In this document: piece by piece, positions 39,801-51,616 of the stretch
Position numbering within the stretch: the stretch's first letter is position 1
How the letters are laid out: every line of letters begins with the position of its first letter
Source: Scyliorhinus canicula
Lineage: Eukaryota
Assembly (NCBI RefSeq): GCF_902713615.1
Contig: NC_052146.1
Coordinates: 309,644,335 to 309,708,334, forward strand
Length of the DNA: 64,000 bases
Reading direction: 5' to 3'
Program-made: the position numbers and the translations under genes
Notes under the pieces: generated by a model
The model's input: the letters and a program-made list of their open reading frames with translations, nothing else
Told to the model about the DNA's origin: nothing
Database searches by the model: none

Positions 39801-40310
39801 GAATACTGTTAGCTCACTGGGCTAATCACTGGCTTTTAAAGCAGACCAAGCAGGCCAGTAGCACGGTTCGATTCCCATACCAGCCTCCCCGGACAGGCGC
39901 CGGAATGTGGCGACTAGGGGCTTTTCACAGTAACTTCATTGAAGTCAACTCGTGACAGTAGGCGATTTTCATTCCATTTCATTTCAGTCTCACGATATCA
40001 CATGTAAATATAATGATGATAAATGATAATATATTAAGTTATTCCTTCAAAGAAAAGGGGATGTATTGATTTCATGGTTGCGTTGTAATTCACCAACTGA
40101 CCATTAGGCGTCTCATTCGTATATAAGTGAATGATAGAGTCAGGTGACCCCTCAGACTGTTTGGAGGAAGCTGGAGAGAGGTTGCTGATCTTACTGTTAT
40201 TCATCTGTTGTTTTTAATGTAGTTTACCCACAGTTAATATTAATAAATTGTTTATAGCTTCAGTTACAAGTGTTCTTGTAATATAAATGAGGTCATCTGA
40301 CAAGAACATG
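36880..40310 (+). mobile_element. 5'-truncated, highly degenerate Gypsy (RT, RH, IN) with PPT and 3' LTR (~40062-40310)
   Basis: RVYVDDIIIW at about 37490, an integrase remnant at 38611-39300 (PQANGKAE), and AAAGAAAAGGGGA followed by TG. Confidence 0.8.
39315..39487. mobile_element. Short MITE-like insertion with imperfect terminal inverted repeats
   Basis: Ends GGGGCGAAATTCTCC and GGAGAATCCTGGCCC. The right end is shared with 7332-7362, and a similar left end occurs at 47057. Confidence 0.55.
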
Positions 40311-40389
40311 ACACCGAGGTACCAATCAGGGATGTCCACTGTCACCTTTGCTGTTTGCACCAGCAATAGAGCCGCTAGCACAGCCCTGA

Positions 40390-40990
40390 GGTCCTCGAAT
40401 ACATGTGGAGGAATAGTTAGAGGAGGGTTGGAACACAAGGTCTCACTGTACACCGACGATCCAGAGGGATCCAGAGGCGTCAGTAGATAACATTATGGAG
40501 ATCATGCTGTATTTTGGGGCCTTCTCTGGTTCTAAGATAAATATAGGAAAGAGTGAATACTTTGTGGTTGGGTCGATGAAGCAGAGGGGGGAGGGTTTAG
40601 GGGAGTTCCGTTCCGGATAGCTGGAAGTCAGGAAGGTATTTGGGAATCCCTTGGCGTGGCTACGTGACTCGATGGAGTTTTTACACCTCGAGATGGATAC
40701 ATTTACTGTGAGAGGGTCAGTGGAAGGGTTTTTACCACAGACGGCAGCTGTTTCCATTGTATTTTACAAAGCTGGTCACTGTTAGCTGTCAGGAGGGGGG
40801 ATGAGGGTGGGTGGGGGGGGGCGGCTGGACCTGGTAACTAAGTTTTACTGTTGTAAGGAAGAGGGGGATAGGGACAGGTCTCTTTCTGTTTACCTGTTGT
40901 TCTTTTTCGTAGGTTTTGAATTAAAGTTGTCAAAAGATGTCAGAAAGTTATTCCAAAAAAGGTTCAGCAAACGGCTACTAAAAATAAAAT
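40390..40990 (+). mobile_element. L1/Tx1-like RT remnant
   Basis: HKVSLYTDD...FGAFSGSKINIGKSE resembles the L1 RT YADD region. Confidence 0.5.
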
Positions 40991-41147
40991 CAAAGAGCGA
41001 GAATGGTCAATGAAAGGAAACTCGCAGAAAACATAAACACTGATACCAAAAGCTTCTATAAATACATAAAGAGGAAGAGAATAGCTGAAGAAAATGTTGG
41101 CCCTTACAGGACGATACTGGTGAGGTAATAATGGGGAACACAGGGAT

Positions 41148-41465
41148 CATGGAATCATAGAATTTACAGTGCAGAAGGAGGCCATTCAGTCCATCGAGTC
41201 TGCACCAGCCCTTGGAAAGAACACCCCTATCCCAGTAACCCCATCTAACCTTTTTGGACACTACGGGGTACTTGAGAAAGGCCAATCCACCAAACCTGCA
41301 CATCTTTGGACTGTGGGAGGAAACCGGAGCATCCGGAGGAAACCCACGCGGACACGGGGAAGAACGTGCAGAATCTGCACAGACAGTGACTCAAGTTGGG
41401 AATCGAACCCGAGACCCTGACATTATGAAGCAACAATGCTAACCACTGTTCTTCTACCGTGCCGC
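41148..41465 (-). mobile_element. HE1-like SINE
   Basis: V core and a CR1-derived tail on the minus strand. Confidence 0.7.
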
Positions 41466-41877
41466 CCCGGCAGATTGCGGAGTCACTGAACCAACATTTT
41501 GCCTCTGTCGTTTTGAAAAACGACAGTTCATGCAGAGGGACGTGGTGCAATAATCATCACTAGTGAATAACTAATGGGATTAATGATAGATAAGACTCCA
41601 GGCCCTGATTTTAATCGCTCCAACATTGGCAGTCGTGCCCTCAGCTGCCTGGATCCTAAAGTTCTGGAATTGCTTCCCGAAACCTCTCCCCCTCTCGTTC
41701 CTCCTTTAACATTCCCCTTGAAACCCATTCCTTTGACCATCTCCCCCTGTTGCTCCATATCTTGCTGGGTATCAGGATTGTGAAGCCCCTCGGGATAGGT
41801 TATTGTGTCCCAGATCCTCTTTAAATGCAAGTTCTATTTGTTTCCTTTGGGCTGAAACATGTGATTTCCTTTCACAG

Positions 41878-41994
41878 TTAATGAAACACCAGCTGATCAA
41901 GTTTCGATGCTGATACCTGTCTATGTCATTCTGGCTGCTGGGCCTGTGCTTATTGGAGGAATTTTAGTGACAATTTGTCTCAGAAAACGATCCG
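41878..41994 (+). CDS. Exon 5: short stalk and transmembrane segment of the triple-V receptor
   Basis: TTTCCTTTCACAG acceptor. In phase 1 it reads (V)NETPADQVS-MLIPVYVILAAGPVLIGGILVTICL-RKRS, ending at a non-canonical G/GCATGT donor. Read-through would stop at TGA 42024-42026. Confidence 0.8.
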
Positions 41995-42218
41995 GCATGT
42001 GTGAAAATTCATTCCGTTTGAGTTGATGGTGATGAAATTGGACAGAATTCCAGAATGAGGGAATGTTAACTGATTGTGAATGCTGATGCTGCAATAGAGA
42101 ATCGGACGCCAATCTTTTATTCAATACTGGGTTCATTTACAGAATGCAACATTGCACAGGTCTGCCTCCCCCCTCACCCACTCCAGTGTCCCATCACTCT
42201 CCTCTTGTATTCTTTCAG

Positions 42219-42283
42219 CATCAAATGAACAATTAACAGAATTAATGAATGGACAAACCCTCAAACGTGCACTGCCAGGATAA
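42219..42283 (+). CDS. Probable exon 6: short cytoplasmic tail (A)SNEQLTELMNGQTLKRALPG*
   Basis: Strong acceptor CTCCTCTTGTATTCTTTCAG. Phase 1 gives the longest reading, while the other two phases stop within 6 codons. Confidence 0.45.
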
Positions 42284-42365
42284 TATATAAGGAAATATAA
42301 TAATAAGTTTATTATCAAAATGGTGAGAGATTGCAGAGCTCTGAGTTACAGAGGGATCTGGGTAT

Positions 42366-42647
42366 CGGGGGTCAGCAGGAGAAAGGTTATCGGGGTCAGC
42401 AGGAGAAAGGTTATCGGGGTCGGCAGGAGAAAGGTTATCGGGGTCAGCAGGAGAAAGGTTATCGGGGGTCGGCAGGAGAAAGGTTATCGGGGGTCCGGCA
42501 GGAGAAAGGTTATCGGGGGTCGGCAGGAGAAAGGTTATCGGGGGTCGGCAGGAGAAAGGTTATCGGGGTCAGCAGGAGAAAGGTTATCGGGGGTCAGCAG
42601 GAGAAGGTTATCGGGGTCGCAGGAGAAAGGTTATCGGGGGTCGGCAG
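42366..42647. repeat. 23-24 bp minisatellite (GGGGTCRGCAGGAGAAAGGTTATC), about 12 copies, within a CR1 remnant
   Basis: Directly visible. Confidence 0.92.
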
Positions 42648-42817
42648 GAATGTGCGGTTGAGGTTACGATCGGAGCAGCCATGATATTATTGAATGGTGG
42701 AGCAGGCTCGAGGGGCTGAGTGGCCTCCTCCGAATTTGCAGGTTGAAATGTTTGTGTGTACATGGGAGTTTATCCAATTAAAGTAAAATATCTATTCTGA
42801 AGGTGGGGGGGGAGAGT

Positions 42818-43604
42818 TGTCATGATGCACTGCAGCCCCTGGACAGGGAGGGTGGGGCTGATGTGTCAATAATACTTGAGCAGAAGCCCCTCAAATAATG
42901 AAACAGGATCTCAGCCTCACACGGCCAAAAGAACATGAAATACGGGATCCTCGAGGGCCCAGCAATTATAGGCCACCTGGGAGTCTGTGAACCAACTTAA
43001 CATTGGGAAGGAGAGGCCGACTGAAAGCTATTGTGGAAGTGGATTACATTTATTGTCTTGTGTTTAACCTTGCTGTCTGTATGTAATATTAAGGTCCTGA
43101 AATGTATCTGTGAAAAAGAGGTTAAAAGGTTGAGGGAATGAAATGAGAGCAGAACTCTGTATTGTTAGTGCAGAGACAGCAAAGATGAGGTGTGTAAAAC
43201 CTTGTCAACAGAGACAATGGGCATTGGAATGTGAAAGAGCTGACTCAGGAGCACGAGAGGGAAGGAGATAAGGAAGTTGGACGGATAGGATAAGAAACCG
43301 TTAGCAGCAGCAGTATTAGTGATGTCATAGTCACCACCCTACCTCAGGATAATAATTCCATATAAGTACATGTTCTGGATCCTTGCCAAATCATTGGTGT
43401 GTTTAGGGAATTTAAGGGGACCACCTCTAAGCTATGATTGTATAAAGGGACAGTCCGTACTCTGGGACTTTGGCACTTCTCGAAGGTGGATCCCCGACTA
43501 CTTAGAGATTTGTCCCGGCCGTGAATAAACGAATATTCGTTACCAACGTGTTCGAGTGTTTTACTTCTGGACTGACGAACGGCTATGTGAAAGCGCAATT
43601 CACA
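42818..43604 (+). mobile_element. LTR-like segment
   Basis: G-rich tract followed by TGTCATG, an internal TATAAA and AATAAA, and a ...TCACA end. No TSD found. Confidence 0.4.
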
Positions 43605-45439
43605 CTATCACCTTGCAGCTGATCCACTCCAAGTCCTTACCAGTGACCCCTCTCCCTGTGACCCCCATCCCAACCCACTGGCCTCTGTCTCCAGGGATCC
43701 AGTGATGATTCCTGGTGAGGGCCTAGTGTCAGCAGCCACTCCTTCTGGAAGCGCTGCTGCAGAGGGGACAGCCTCTGATTGGGCGGCTGCTTTTGGGGCG
43801 GGAATCTCTGCTGTGCTGGGGGCTTAATCTGAGGGGAGGCCCGAGCTGTCCAGGTAGGTGCCTGTTTGCCTGGTAAATGTAGTGGGCCTCCCATTGAAAG
43901 GCAACAAGTGTTTCTATCAGTTCTCCAACAGGTCTGCAGGACCCCTGTCACCGCAAATAAATTCCGTCCTTCGTGTACAATGCAGAGCCAAACCTTCCAG
44001 GAGGGAAATTAGGAAACATCTCTTCACAAAGGGTGAAGTTTGGAACTCACTTCCACAAATGGTCATTGATGGGAGATCAATTATTAACTTTATATCTGTA
44101 ATGAAGGGTGTGATCGACCAGCCAAGATGGGCCCGATCGTGAGCGCGAGGTGGCCGGGAGGGGCTGGGTGAGGCTTTCCTCAGGCTTCCCGGCAGCCACG
44201 ATGCCTCCCGGGATCTACCCAATTCCCATGAGGAGGGGTGAGCAGAATCCGGCCCACAATGGGCGGGACCAGGCCATGCTCCAGTTGGTTATAAACCTAT
44301 TGAAGCGTGCTTACCCACAATCTACCCGCCTCCCAGGATGTTCCGGCCTCCCCAGGGAGCCCTCAGCCGGGCACCGCTCAGTACTGGGCCACACAAACAT
44401 GGACCAGGCGGAATGGCATCCGGGGGATCTCCCGGGCCACCGGGGGTCCCTGGGTGGCCAGGAATAGTGCAGGGTGGCTCGCTGGCCCTCCCCTGGAATG
44501 TGGGCACCTTGGCACTGACTGGCTGGGACCTCAGCTCTGCCAAGCTGGCACTGCCAAGGTGCCCGGGTGGCAGTGACAAGCCGGCAGGAGCACTCCCAGG
44601 GTGGCCGGGTGCCCAGGTGGCACTGCCCAGGGTCAGGGGCTGCGGGGGGCCATGCCCATGAAAGGAGGCTGGAGGGGGGGGGTATGAAGGGTGTGATACC
44701 GGCCTCGTCACCGGGAAACCCATGCGGCGGCGTGGGACTGGAATATCCCGGCGGTGTGACCAGCCGGTAAATCCCACCCTAACCGTGGGTTAGATAGCGG
44801 TGGGGAACTCACTGACAGAGCCAGGGAGAAACTCCCACCAAAACCCACCACAAATCACACTGAGAAACTTTCCGTTAGATCGTGCCTCAGAGATTTCTGT
44901 GATCCAATGGATGTGGTGAATAGACAGAGATATGGAGTTAGGTGACAGATAACCATGATCTCATTAAATGGGTGGAATGGGCAGAAGGGGCAGAATGGCC
45001 TCCTCCTGTTCCCATCAGGCTGATGTTCCAATCATTTTTCTAACCTTTGCTTTCAGAAGTGTTTAACATTCAGGGTAATGTTGTCAACAATATAACACTG
45101 GTTTCATGGTGATTTTGACCATTTATTTCACAGCTTCATCAGGGAGAGCTGGTGATCAGAGCCAGGCTGCAGGTGACAGAAACCCTCGTTGGACAGGATC
45201 CCAATGGGTGAGATTGGCTGTTTCTTACTGTCTGTCTTTGTGTAACAGCAAAGGGCCCACCGGGGGAGCTGGTGTCAATGTCAGTTTGTGATTTCAGATC
45301 CATTTCCTCTGCACACACCAACATTGCATTTTCTCAACGAATACAATCCATGTGATTGGACCATCACTCAGTGACATAGCTCCAGATTCATTTCAAACCT
45401 TTCTTGGGATGTGTGTGTCCCTCGCTCCATCAGAATTGT

Positions 45440-48400
45440 TGCTCAGGGATTCATGCAGCACAGAAAAGGCCCTTCAGCCCATCACATCTCAGCTGGTCAA
45501 ATACACCGAACTATTCCAAACCCATTTCCCAGCGCGTGGCCCAGAGCCTTGTCTGCCCTGGCATTCTAATGCACATTTAAATACTTCTTCAATGTTCCGA
45601 GGGTCTCTGCCTCCACCACCCATTTAGGCAGCCAAACTCCAAACTCCCACCACCCTCTGGGTAAAACCCTCCTGCCCTTTATGCCCTTTATGTTCATTAC
45701 AAAATCCACATATTGTGACAATGAAGGCAAGTACACCAGAAGCCTTCTTAACCACTGTATCCACNNNNNNNNNNNNNNNNNNNNNNNNNNNNNNNNNNNN
45801 NNNNNNNNNNNNNNNNNNNNNNNNNNNNNNNNNNNNNNNNNNNNNNNNNNNNNNNNNNNNNNNNNNNNNNNNNNNNNNNNNNNNNNNNNNNNNNNNNNNN
45901 NNNNNNNNNNNNNNNNNNNNNNNNNNNNNNNNNNNNNNNNNNNNNNNNNNNNNNNNNNNNNNNNNNNNNNNNNNNNNNNNNNNNNNNNNNNNNNNNNNNN
46001 NNNNNNNNNNNNNNNNNNNNNNNNNNNNNNNNNNNNNNNNNNNNNNNNNNNNNNNNNNNNNNNNNNNNNNNNNNNNNNNNNNNNNNNNNNNNNNNNNNNN
46101 NNNNNNNNNNNNNNNNNNNNNNNNNNNNNNNNNNNNNNNNNNNNNNNNNNNNNNNNNNNNNNNNNNNNNNNNNNNNNNNNNNNNNNNNNNNNNNNNNNNN
46201 NNNNNNNNNNNNNNNNNNNNNNNNNNNNNNNNNNNNNNNNNNNNNNNNNNNNNNNNNNNNNNNNGACCTCTTCTAACCCTCCTGACTCCTTGCTTAAGTT
46301 CCTTCCTAATTTCCTTATATTCCACACAGGCTTTGTCTATTCCTAGCCTTCTAGCCCTGACAAATGCCTCCTTTTTCTTTTTGACGAGGGTTACAATATT
46401 TCTCGCTATCCAAGGTTCCCGAAATTTGCCGTATTTATCCTTCTTCCTCACAGTAACATGCTGGTCCTGAATTCCTTTCAACTGACATTCGAAAGCCTCC
46501 CACATGTCAGATGTTGATTTACCCTCAAACATCCACCCCCAATCTAGGTTCTTCAGTTCCCGCCTACTATTGTTATAATTAGCCTGCCCCCAATTTAGCA
46601 CATTCACCCTAGGACCACTCTTATCCTTGTCCACCAGCGCTTTAAAACTTACTGAATTGTGGTCACTGTTCCCGAAATGCTCCCCTACTGAAACTTCTAC
46701 CACCTGGCCGGGCTGATTCCGCAATACCAGGTCCAGTACAGCCCCTTCCCTAGTTGGAATGTCTACATATTGTTTAAAGAAGCCCTATTGGATTCTCCTT
46801 ACAAACTCTGCCATCCAGGCCCCTAGCACTAAGTGAGTCCCAGTCAATATTGAGGAAGTTGGAGTCTCCCTGAAGTCTTCCTGATCGCTACCCATATAGC
46901 CTCACTGCCCTCTGAGGTGTCCTCCCTTAGTACAGCTGTGATATTCTCCCTAGCCAGTAGCGTAACTCCGCCATCCCTTTTACATCCCCCTCTATCCTGC
47001 CTGAAACATCTAAATTCTGGAACGTTTAGCTGCCAATCCTGTCCTTCCCTCAACCAGGGGCGGGATTCTCTGACCCCCCTGCCGTGTCGGAGAATCGCTG
47101 GGGGCCAGCTTCAATCCCGCCCCCACCGTGTCCCGAATCCTCTGCCACCAGAGATTCGGCGGGGGCGGGAATCGCGCCGCACCAGTCGCCGCCCCCCCCC
47201 CCCGGCGATTCTCCAAAGTCCCGCCGCTGTCAAGCCACTCCCGCCGGCGGGAATCAAAACACCTACCTGACAGGCGGGACTGGCGGCGCGGGCGGGCTCC
47301 GGGGTCCTGTGGGGGGCACGGAGCAATCTGGTCTCGGGAGGTGCCCCCAGGGTGGTCTGGCGCGCGATCGGAGCACACCGATCGGTGGGCGGGCCTGTGC
47401 CGTGTTGGCGTTAGTACCAATATGTACAACAACCTCTGCCTGTTTGCCCTCCCCCTTCAGGATGCCCGCTAGCCATTCGGAGACATCCTGGACCCTGGCA
47501 CCAGGGAGGCAGCATACCAACCTGGAGTCTCTTTCACGTCCACAGAAGCGTCTATCTGTGCCCCTGACTATAGAATCCCCTATGACTATTGATCTTCTGC
47601 GCTTTGACCCTCCCTGCTGAGCATCAGAGGCAGCCATGGTGCCACTGCTCTGGCTGCTGCTGTTTCCCCCTGATAGGCTATCCCCCCCCGACAGTATCCA
47701 AAGGGGTATACCTGTTCGAGAGGGGGACAACCACAGGGGATTCCTGCACTGACTGCCTGCCCCTTCTGGTGGTCACCCATTTCTCTGCCTGCACCTTGGG
47801 TGTGACCACATTTATATAACTGCTATCTATGACGCTTTCCGCCACCTGCATGCTCCTCAGTGCATCCAACTGCTGCTCCAACTGAACCATGTGGTCGGTG
47901 AGGAGCTCCAGTTGGGGGCACTTTCTGCAGATGAAGCCATCCGGGATGCTGGAAGCCTCCCGGATCTGCCACATCTCACAGTCAGGGCACTGCACCCCTC
48001 TAATTGACATTCCGTCAATTAATTAGTAAATTACATTTTAAACATTTTAAAAAGAAATTTACTGTTAACTATATGTTTTCTAGCACTAGATTTCTACTAT
48101 AAATGTGAAAGCTAAATACCTCTGGCTTAGATACCCCTCTAAATTATAATTAAGTGATTATGTTTAATTAGTTTAACAATGCTTAATTTTTAAATTTAGT
48201 GTTGACTCCCAACCAGCCAATAGGTCAAAGCTTTACTGTTATGTCACTTCAGTTTCACCCCCCCCCCCACCTCCCCCAAACACAATTTGGAAAGGTAATA
48301 AGTAGAAAAATGAATTAAAATCACGTAACTTCCCAGGTTCTCAGATGCTCTCTGGTTGTTTCCCTGCAGATTAAAAGTTGCAGGTCAGAAGAAAGAGAGA

Positions 48401-48540
48401 GAATAAAACAGTAGGGAAAAAGAACCTCTCCCACTCTGTACTGAATTTCCTCACTACACCAAATTACCCAGTTTCAAATTCCCACTCCGCCTGTGTCTCC
48501 TTCACTTGCGCAAAGCTTACTGAGTGCGCTTTCTGTGTCA
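45440..48540 (-). mobile_element. CR1 LINE, 5' half (ORF1 zinc finger/SGNH esterase, ORF2 endonuclease and linker), spanning the gap and interrupted by a GC-rich insert at ~47057-47420
   Basis: QCPDCEMW...CRKC and IVIGDSIVRG...VVVHIGTN, plus VGEHFGNSDHNSV (endonuclease). Confidence 0.85.
45765..46264. other. Assembly gap (500 N)
   Basis: Run of N. Confidence 1.
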
Positions 48541-48689
48541 GTTTAGTTTTTGTGTCAGTGATGTTCGGCTCCTTGCAAGTTCATGCTGAGGAGGTTGATG
48601 TCGATGGCTGTAACCAGAGATGAAGTGGGGCCCTAAAGTGTGTTAGCAATAGAATCCTGTGGGTACAAACAAATGCCTTCCAGTGCTCA

Positions 48690-51184
48690 ATTAGTATTCT
48701 AACATTCGCATCATTTCCACTCCTTCCTCCAATACATCCTCTCCCTGTCTTTGTCCCATATCCTGAGACACTCTGGTGGCCCATCGACAAACCCAGATAA
48801 TCCCTATGACAGGTGCAGCAGCTGCCAATGCCATGGCAACCCCCTGCTCCTTGGATCCGCTGACCCACCGGAGGGATCTCTCAGTCTTTGTGACTATGGG
48901 ACTACCCATGGGGATATGGTTTCACTGTGTCCAATGCCGCCCCCGCGGACTGGGTTTCTCGTCTATTAAAGCACATGTTTGTCCAGCAATGATTACTGCA
49001 TAGGGTCCCTCCCATCGAACCCCTAGTCCCTTTTTACCTGTCATGAGTTTGACCATGACCCTATCCCCTGGTGTTGGTAGTTTTGGGGTATCCTTTCCAG
49101 TCAGTTTGGTCCAATCTCTATGCTGTTGCTGTGCAATTACCTGACCCTTAAGGACATGCCGGCGGTTTACCAGATCTTTCATACATTGGAGTACAGTTCC
49201 TTTGTTTATCTCGAGTTCCGCCCCTCCAGTTATCAGCTCCTCCGGGAGGTGCATTGCTTTTCCTGTCATTAGCTCAAAAGGGGTTAGACCCGTTCCCTGG
49301 GTGGGGGTGGCTCTTTGTCGCAACAATATTGCCGGAAGGGCCCGTACCCAATTATTCCCTTCCTACAACATAGCTTTGGCCAGGCTGTTTTTAAGGTTCA
49401 TCACCATTCCCGAGCTCTGAGGATGGGATGGGATGTGGAATCTTTGCTGGATTCCCAAAACTTTACAGTCCTCTTTCATGGCTTTCCCCGTGAAATGGGC
49501 CCCTTGGTCAGAATCCAGTTGGAGGGGCATCCCCCCCCCCCCCCCTCTCTCTCTTTCCCCCCCCCCCCCCCCCACCTTGGGATTATTTCATTCGCCAATA
49601 TCAATGCCACGGTACTAGCGGTGGGGTCCTTACTCGGGAATGGTCCCAGCCTATCACTATAGCTCTATCACCAAACAGTATGTTCTACCCTGTACCCGAG
49701 GCAAAGGCCCAGGAAAATCTGATTGCAAATTTTCCCATGGTCCCTTGGGATGGGGCTGACTTCCCATTTTTATCTTGCAGGGACGGCCTGGTTCCACCAG
49801 GGTGCACTGTATGTATCGCTGGCAGAATTTGGCCACATCCCTGCCCATTCCCTTCCACCCACCAACATTCCTTTAATAGTTTGATCATATTGTCTCTCCC
49901 TCTGTGCTCCTGTCCATGGTATATGTCTAACAGGGATTGTTGCACGGCCTCAGGGGCAATTATCTTTCCCTCTCTCCTCCATATTCCATTATGGTCCATC
50001 CGTCCCCGGTTATTTCCCCACCCATCCTTTCCCTCCACTAGTGCTTGTTCCAGCACCTGCCTTCCATAAATATCATCATTGTTTCTGGCCTTCACAGCTG
50101 CTATTCCTGGAGTCTGCATTCCCACCCGTTCCTGCTCTAATAGGCCTTCCGCTGCCTGATTGGCCCAACTGTTACCTGACTGTGCGTAATTCTCAATTCT
50201 CCGATGGGCTTTGACCTTAATCATGGCTGCTTCTCAGGGCTGTTGGGCAGCCAGGATTAAGGCCTTGATTAAATACTCATGCAGTATGTGTCCTCCACTG
50301 GAGGTCACAATCCCTCGCCTACTCCAAGCTGTCATAATGATGAACTACGCCAAAAGCGTACATAATGTCAGTGTACACATTGATTCGCTTTCCTTTGCCC
50401 CATTCCAGGGCCTTTGTTTAAGATATTAATTCAGCAATTTGTGCTGAGTGGATTCCCGAGGATCTGTTCTGCTGCAATCAACTCACCTTCACTATCCACT
50501 ACAGCCCATGATGCACGGGGCTCTCCACCTATACACGTCCTTGCTCCATCCACATATAATCCGCTCACTCCCTCTAACACTAGTGGCTCTTCTGCCAATC
50601 CTCCACAAGTGTCCTCCTCTACTTCCACAAGGCATTCATCCTCCATTCCTGTATCGTTAAGCCTATTGTGGGATATTCCATCATATCTTTACAGATTTCC
50701 ACATGTCTGTCCCCAGGTAAGGGATTCGCTTCCCACTTTGAGTGTCTACTATCTGAGACACCGTTCAGTATTCCTGCCTCTAAGAGTTGAACACGAGTAT
50801 GAGGGCTGAAAAACAGCTTCTTCCCCGCTGTTACCAAACTTCGAAACGACCCTCTTATGGACTGACCTCATTAACATACCACCCTGTATGCTTCACCCGA
50901 TGCCGGTGTTATCTAGTTACATTGTGTACCTTGTGTTGCCCTATTATGTATTTTCTTTTTTTCCTTTTCTTTTCATGTACTTAATGATGTGTTGAGCTGC
51001 TTGCAGAAAAATATTCTTCACTGTACCTTGGCGCACGTGACAATAAACAAATCCAATCCAATCCAATCCAATCCAATCCAATCCAATATGGAGGATTATC
51101 TTACCCATCAGTCTGATGGGTTCAGATGCATTTATTGCCTATGAGGTGCACGCCAAGGCCCGCACACATCGGTGCATGCCAGTA
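48690..51184 (-). pseudogene. pol: Endogenous retrovirus pol fragment (tether, RNase H, integrase), possibly followed by the start of env
   Basis: Tether (GMHRCVRALACTS*AI...LMGKIILH / SRHSKWEA), RNase H (LYVDG; IKVKAH...GNSWANQAA), HHCC, and integrase core (DSDQGAHFTG, PSHPQSSGMV, TGLTPFELMTG). Frameshifted. Confidence 0.75.
50760..51087 (+). mobile_element. LINE 3' end (L2/Rex-Babar type) with (ATCCA)n tail, inserted in the ERV tether
   Basis: AACAGCTTCTTCCCCGCTGTTACC...CAATAAAC followed by an (AATCC)n tail. Confidence 0.6.
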
Positions 51185-51616
51185 TGTGGTGATATAACCA
51201 CTGTAGTTATGCGTACTTGCAGTAGGGGGATGTATGCCTGTACCTGTAATACAGGTTCCTCCGGTAAGCCCCTGGCGGCTAGCTCCGCCCACAGGGAGCT
51301 TGTGTATAAATATGCATGTGAGTCACTCAGACCTTTAGTCTACAGTTGCAGATGGAGGGACAGCATCGTACAACAATAAAGCCTCTATTGTACTAGTCTC
51401 TCGGCTTTGAGTATAATTGTTAGTGCTACAATTTATTGTTGTACAATTTCCCATTCACCATGGACATCAGAATCAAGCCTGACCGTCTGCAGCTGGATCC
51501 GCAGTCGCCTCATGCCAGAAAAGACTTTGTTCACTGGCTTGCAGTCTTTGAGGCCTACATCTCTTCAGCGGACCCTCCCCCGATGGTGGCTCAGAAAACG
51601 CAACTCCTGTACTCCA

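Noticed and set aside
42320-42684. Repetitive ORFs after the TM exon as a cytoplasmic tail
   Set aside because: They are translations of a 23-24 bp minisatellite in a CR1 remnant, with no supporting acceptor.
45057-45074. 18-nt micro-exon EVFNIQ as a definite exon
   Set aside because: It would need a 59-nt intron to the next exon, which is borderline for vertebrates. It is kept only as a candidate.
45566-46724. ORFs of 221-366 aa
   Set aside because: They are inflated by the 500-N gap, and the flanks are CR1 sequence.
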